The position numbers and the translations under genes were made by a program. Shown here piece by piece: positions 19,989 through 21,940 of a stretch of DNA of 21,940 nucleotides. The stretch spans positions 1-21,940 of the forward strand of contig NIVC01005198.1 in NCBI GenBank assembly GCA_002269645.1, read 5' to 3'. Positions within the stretch are counted from its first letter, which is position 1. Each line of letters begins with the position of its first letter. Source of the stretch: Macrostomum lignano. Its lineage: Eukaryota. The notes below the pieces were generated by a model, which did no database searches, was not told the DNA's origin, and saw only the letters and a program-made list of their open reading frames with translations.

Positions 19989-20278
19989 TCGAGCGCCTCG
20001 CACACCGGATGCAGCTGATTGGACACGCAACCTTGGACTCGCTGATCTCGGCTGTTGAAGCCATTCGCCTGGATGCCAATCGAGCCGAGGATCGGCTTGA
20101 AGAACTCCGTCAGCAAACTGACTCGATGACAGAGCAACTGCTCGGTGGCAAATCTTTGTCTGATCCTGGCTCTAGATCTGGCTCTAGATCAAGCTCTAGA
20201 TCAAGCTCTAGATCTGGTTCTGACTCTGTCAAGGCTGCCGATGATAGATATGAATCGGAGAATTCTGCGTTGGAATGA
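19989..20278 (+). CDS. Coiled-coil protein, exon 5 (terminal)
   Basis: cacccttgcag|TC GAG CGC (phase 1); ERLAHRMQLIG...RAEDRLEELRQQTDSMTEQL, a Ser/Arg 12-bp repeat tail, TGA 20276-20278. The five exons sum to 798 nt (265 aa plus stop) with all phases matching. Confidence 0.8.
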
Positions 20279-20333
20279 ACTACTCCTATATGAGCAATAT
20301 ATTCGTAGTGATTTTATTAGAGGCAGGGGCTTT

Positions 20334-20394
20334 GTGCGCCCAAGGACCACTAGGAACACTTCGTTATATCTAGTGTAGTAGTCCTTGTGTGCAC
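20334..20394. other. Imperfect hairpin, paralog of 20746-20805
   Basis: caaggaccacta (20341-20352) pairs with tagtagtccttg (20376-20387) with one mismatch. Outer gtgcgc/gtgcac pairing extends it. Confidence 0.6.
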
Positions 20395-20745
20395 CCTGGC
20401 GCGCTTTAAGCGACATTGTCACACAACCGGCGAAAATCGGCATTGCTGCCCATTCCGCCGACTCCCCTGAGCAGGCACAAAAGCAGCCATACATGTACGC
20501 ACACAGGAGTGTTCAGCGGCCCTGACTTTATTTATCGTTAGGCATATACACTCACTGTGCCTTGCATTTGGGGGGTTGGCCCTCAATGGCGTTAATTGCA
20601 CGAGCAGAGCCAAGCCGAGATTTCAATTTAGCCACAAATTAATGCGACTGCACTTGGAATCGAGCCTGGGCCGCTGGCACATCATAGAGCGCCGCGCCAG
20701 AACACTATAGGCTACGGCCACCTTATATTCCCTGCAGTGTAAGCC

Positions 20746-20805
20746 CAAGGACCACTGTAGTAGTATATACACTAGCCTAGCGGTTATAAACTACAGTGGT
20801 CCTTG
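20746..20805. other. Hairpin with a perfect 16-bp inverted repeat
   Basis: caaggaccactgtagt (20746-20761) and actacagtggtccttg (20790-20805), with a 28-nt spacer. Confidence 0.75.
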
Positions 20806-20934
20806 TGTAGGCCCTGTCCTGGTTCGATTGTGTTTTTAACTTTGGTTTTTTTGAACAGCGACAGTCCTTGATGCGTTTCAGCCGTCTTGAAAAATTAATT
20901 TCGTTTTGTTTTTTTCTTGCGTCTCGTCTCTTGC

Positions 20935-21940
20935 TGTCTGTTTTGTCTTTGGGTCTGTTTTCCATCTACAGGTCTGTTTTGTCTTTGGGTCTGTTTTCCA
21001 TCTACAGGTCTGTTTTGTCTAAGTTGGGTCTGTTTTCCATCTACAGGTCTGTTTTGTCTTTGGGTCTGTTTTCCATCTACAGGTCTGCTTTGTCTTTGGG
21101 TCTGCTTTCCATCTACAGGTCTGTTTTGTCTAAGTTGGGTCTGTTTTCCATCTACAGGTCTGTTTTCTTTGGGTCTGTTTTCCATCTACAGGTCTGTTTT
21201 GTCTAAGTTGGGTCTGTTTTCCATCTACAGGTCTGTTTTGTCATTGGGTCTGTTTTCCATCTACAGGTCTGTTTTGTCTTTGGGTCTGTTTTCCATCAAC
21301 AGGTCTGTTTTGTCTAAGTTGGGTCTGTTTTCCATCTACAGGTCTGTTTTGTCTTTGGGTCTGTTTTCCATCTACAGGTCTGCTTTGTCTTTGGGTCTGC
21401 TTTCCATCTACAGGTCTGTTTTGTCTAAGTTGGGTCTGTTTTCCATCTACAGGTCTGTTTTGTCTTTGGGTCTGTTTTCCATCTACAGGTCTGTTTTGTC
21501 TAAGTTGGGTCTGTTTTCCATCTACAGGTCTGTTTTGTCATTGGGTCTGTTTTCCATCTACAGGTCTGTTTTGTCTTTGGGTCTGCTTTCCATCTACAGG
21601 TCTGTTTTGTCTTTGGTCTGTCTTTCCATCTACAGGTCTGTTTTGTCTAAGTTGGGTCTGTTTTCCATCTACAGGTCTGTTTTGTCTTTGGGTCTGTTTT
21701 CCATCTACAGGTCTGTTTTGTCTTTGGTCTGTTTTCCATCTACAGGTCTGTTTTGTCTTTGGGTCTGTTTTCCATCTACAGGTCTGTTTTTGTCATTGGG
21801 TCTGTTTTCCATCTACAGGTCTGTTTTGTCTAAGTTGGGTCTGTTTTCCATCAACAGGTCTGTTTTGTCATTGGGTCTGTTTTCCATCTACAGGTCTGTT
21901 TTGTCATTGGGTCTGTTTTCCATCTACAGGTCTGTTTTGT
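20935..21940. repeat. 36/39-bp minisatellite running off the window end
   Basis: Unit gggtctgttttccatctacaggtctgttttgtcttt, with a +3 variant (gtctaagtt). Confidence 0.95.

Noticed and set aside
10219-21940. CRISPR arrays (36-48 bp periodic repeats)
   Set aside because: Units are directly adjacent with no unique spacers, no cas genes are present, and the context is a spliced eukaryotic locus.

Overview
Eukaryotic (animal, probably invertebrate) genomic DNA. The low-GC introns, GC-rich exons and dense minisatellites resemble flatworm genomes such as Macrostomum, but the species cannot be established from the sequence. Three things occupy the window. (1) A near full-length Penelope-like retroelement (PLE, Neptune-like; about 396-5569, + strand). 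It has short terminal direct repeats ending in (CT)n and an inverted 5' tail. ORF1 encodes an N-terminal domain, an Ala/Ser linker and an SGNH-esterase-like domain. ORF2 encodes RT plus a GIY-YIG endonuclease and is joined to ORF1 by a candidate -1 ribosomal frameshift (A_AAA_AAC-UGA followed by a GC hairpin). A variant minimal hammerhead ribozyme sits at the 3' repeat. The element is flanked on both sides by the same ~280-345 bp block and carries about 10 single-base frameshifts that may be read errors. (2) A two-exon aminergic-type class A GPCR gene (6385-7131 + 13632-14309, 474 aa). (3) A five-exon gene for an unidentified 265-aa coiled-coil protein (14751-20278) that includes a 16-nt microexon. 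Roughly a third of the window is unrelated micro/minisatellite arrays, several of which overlap or abut splice sites. No CRISPR, tRNA or rRNA is seen. The best candidate for a little-described system is the two-ORF, gag-pol-like PLE.
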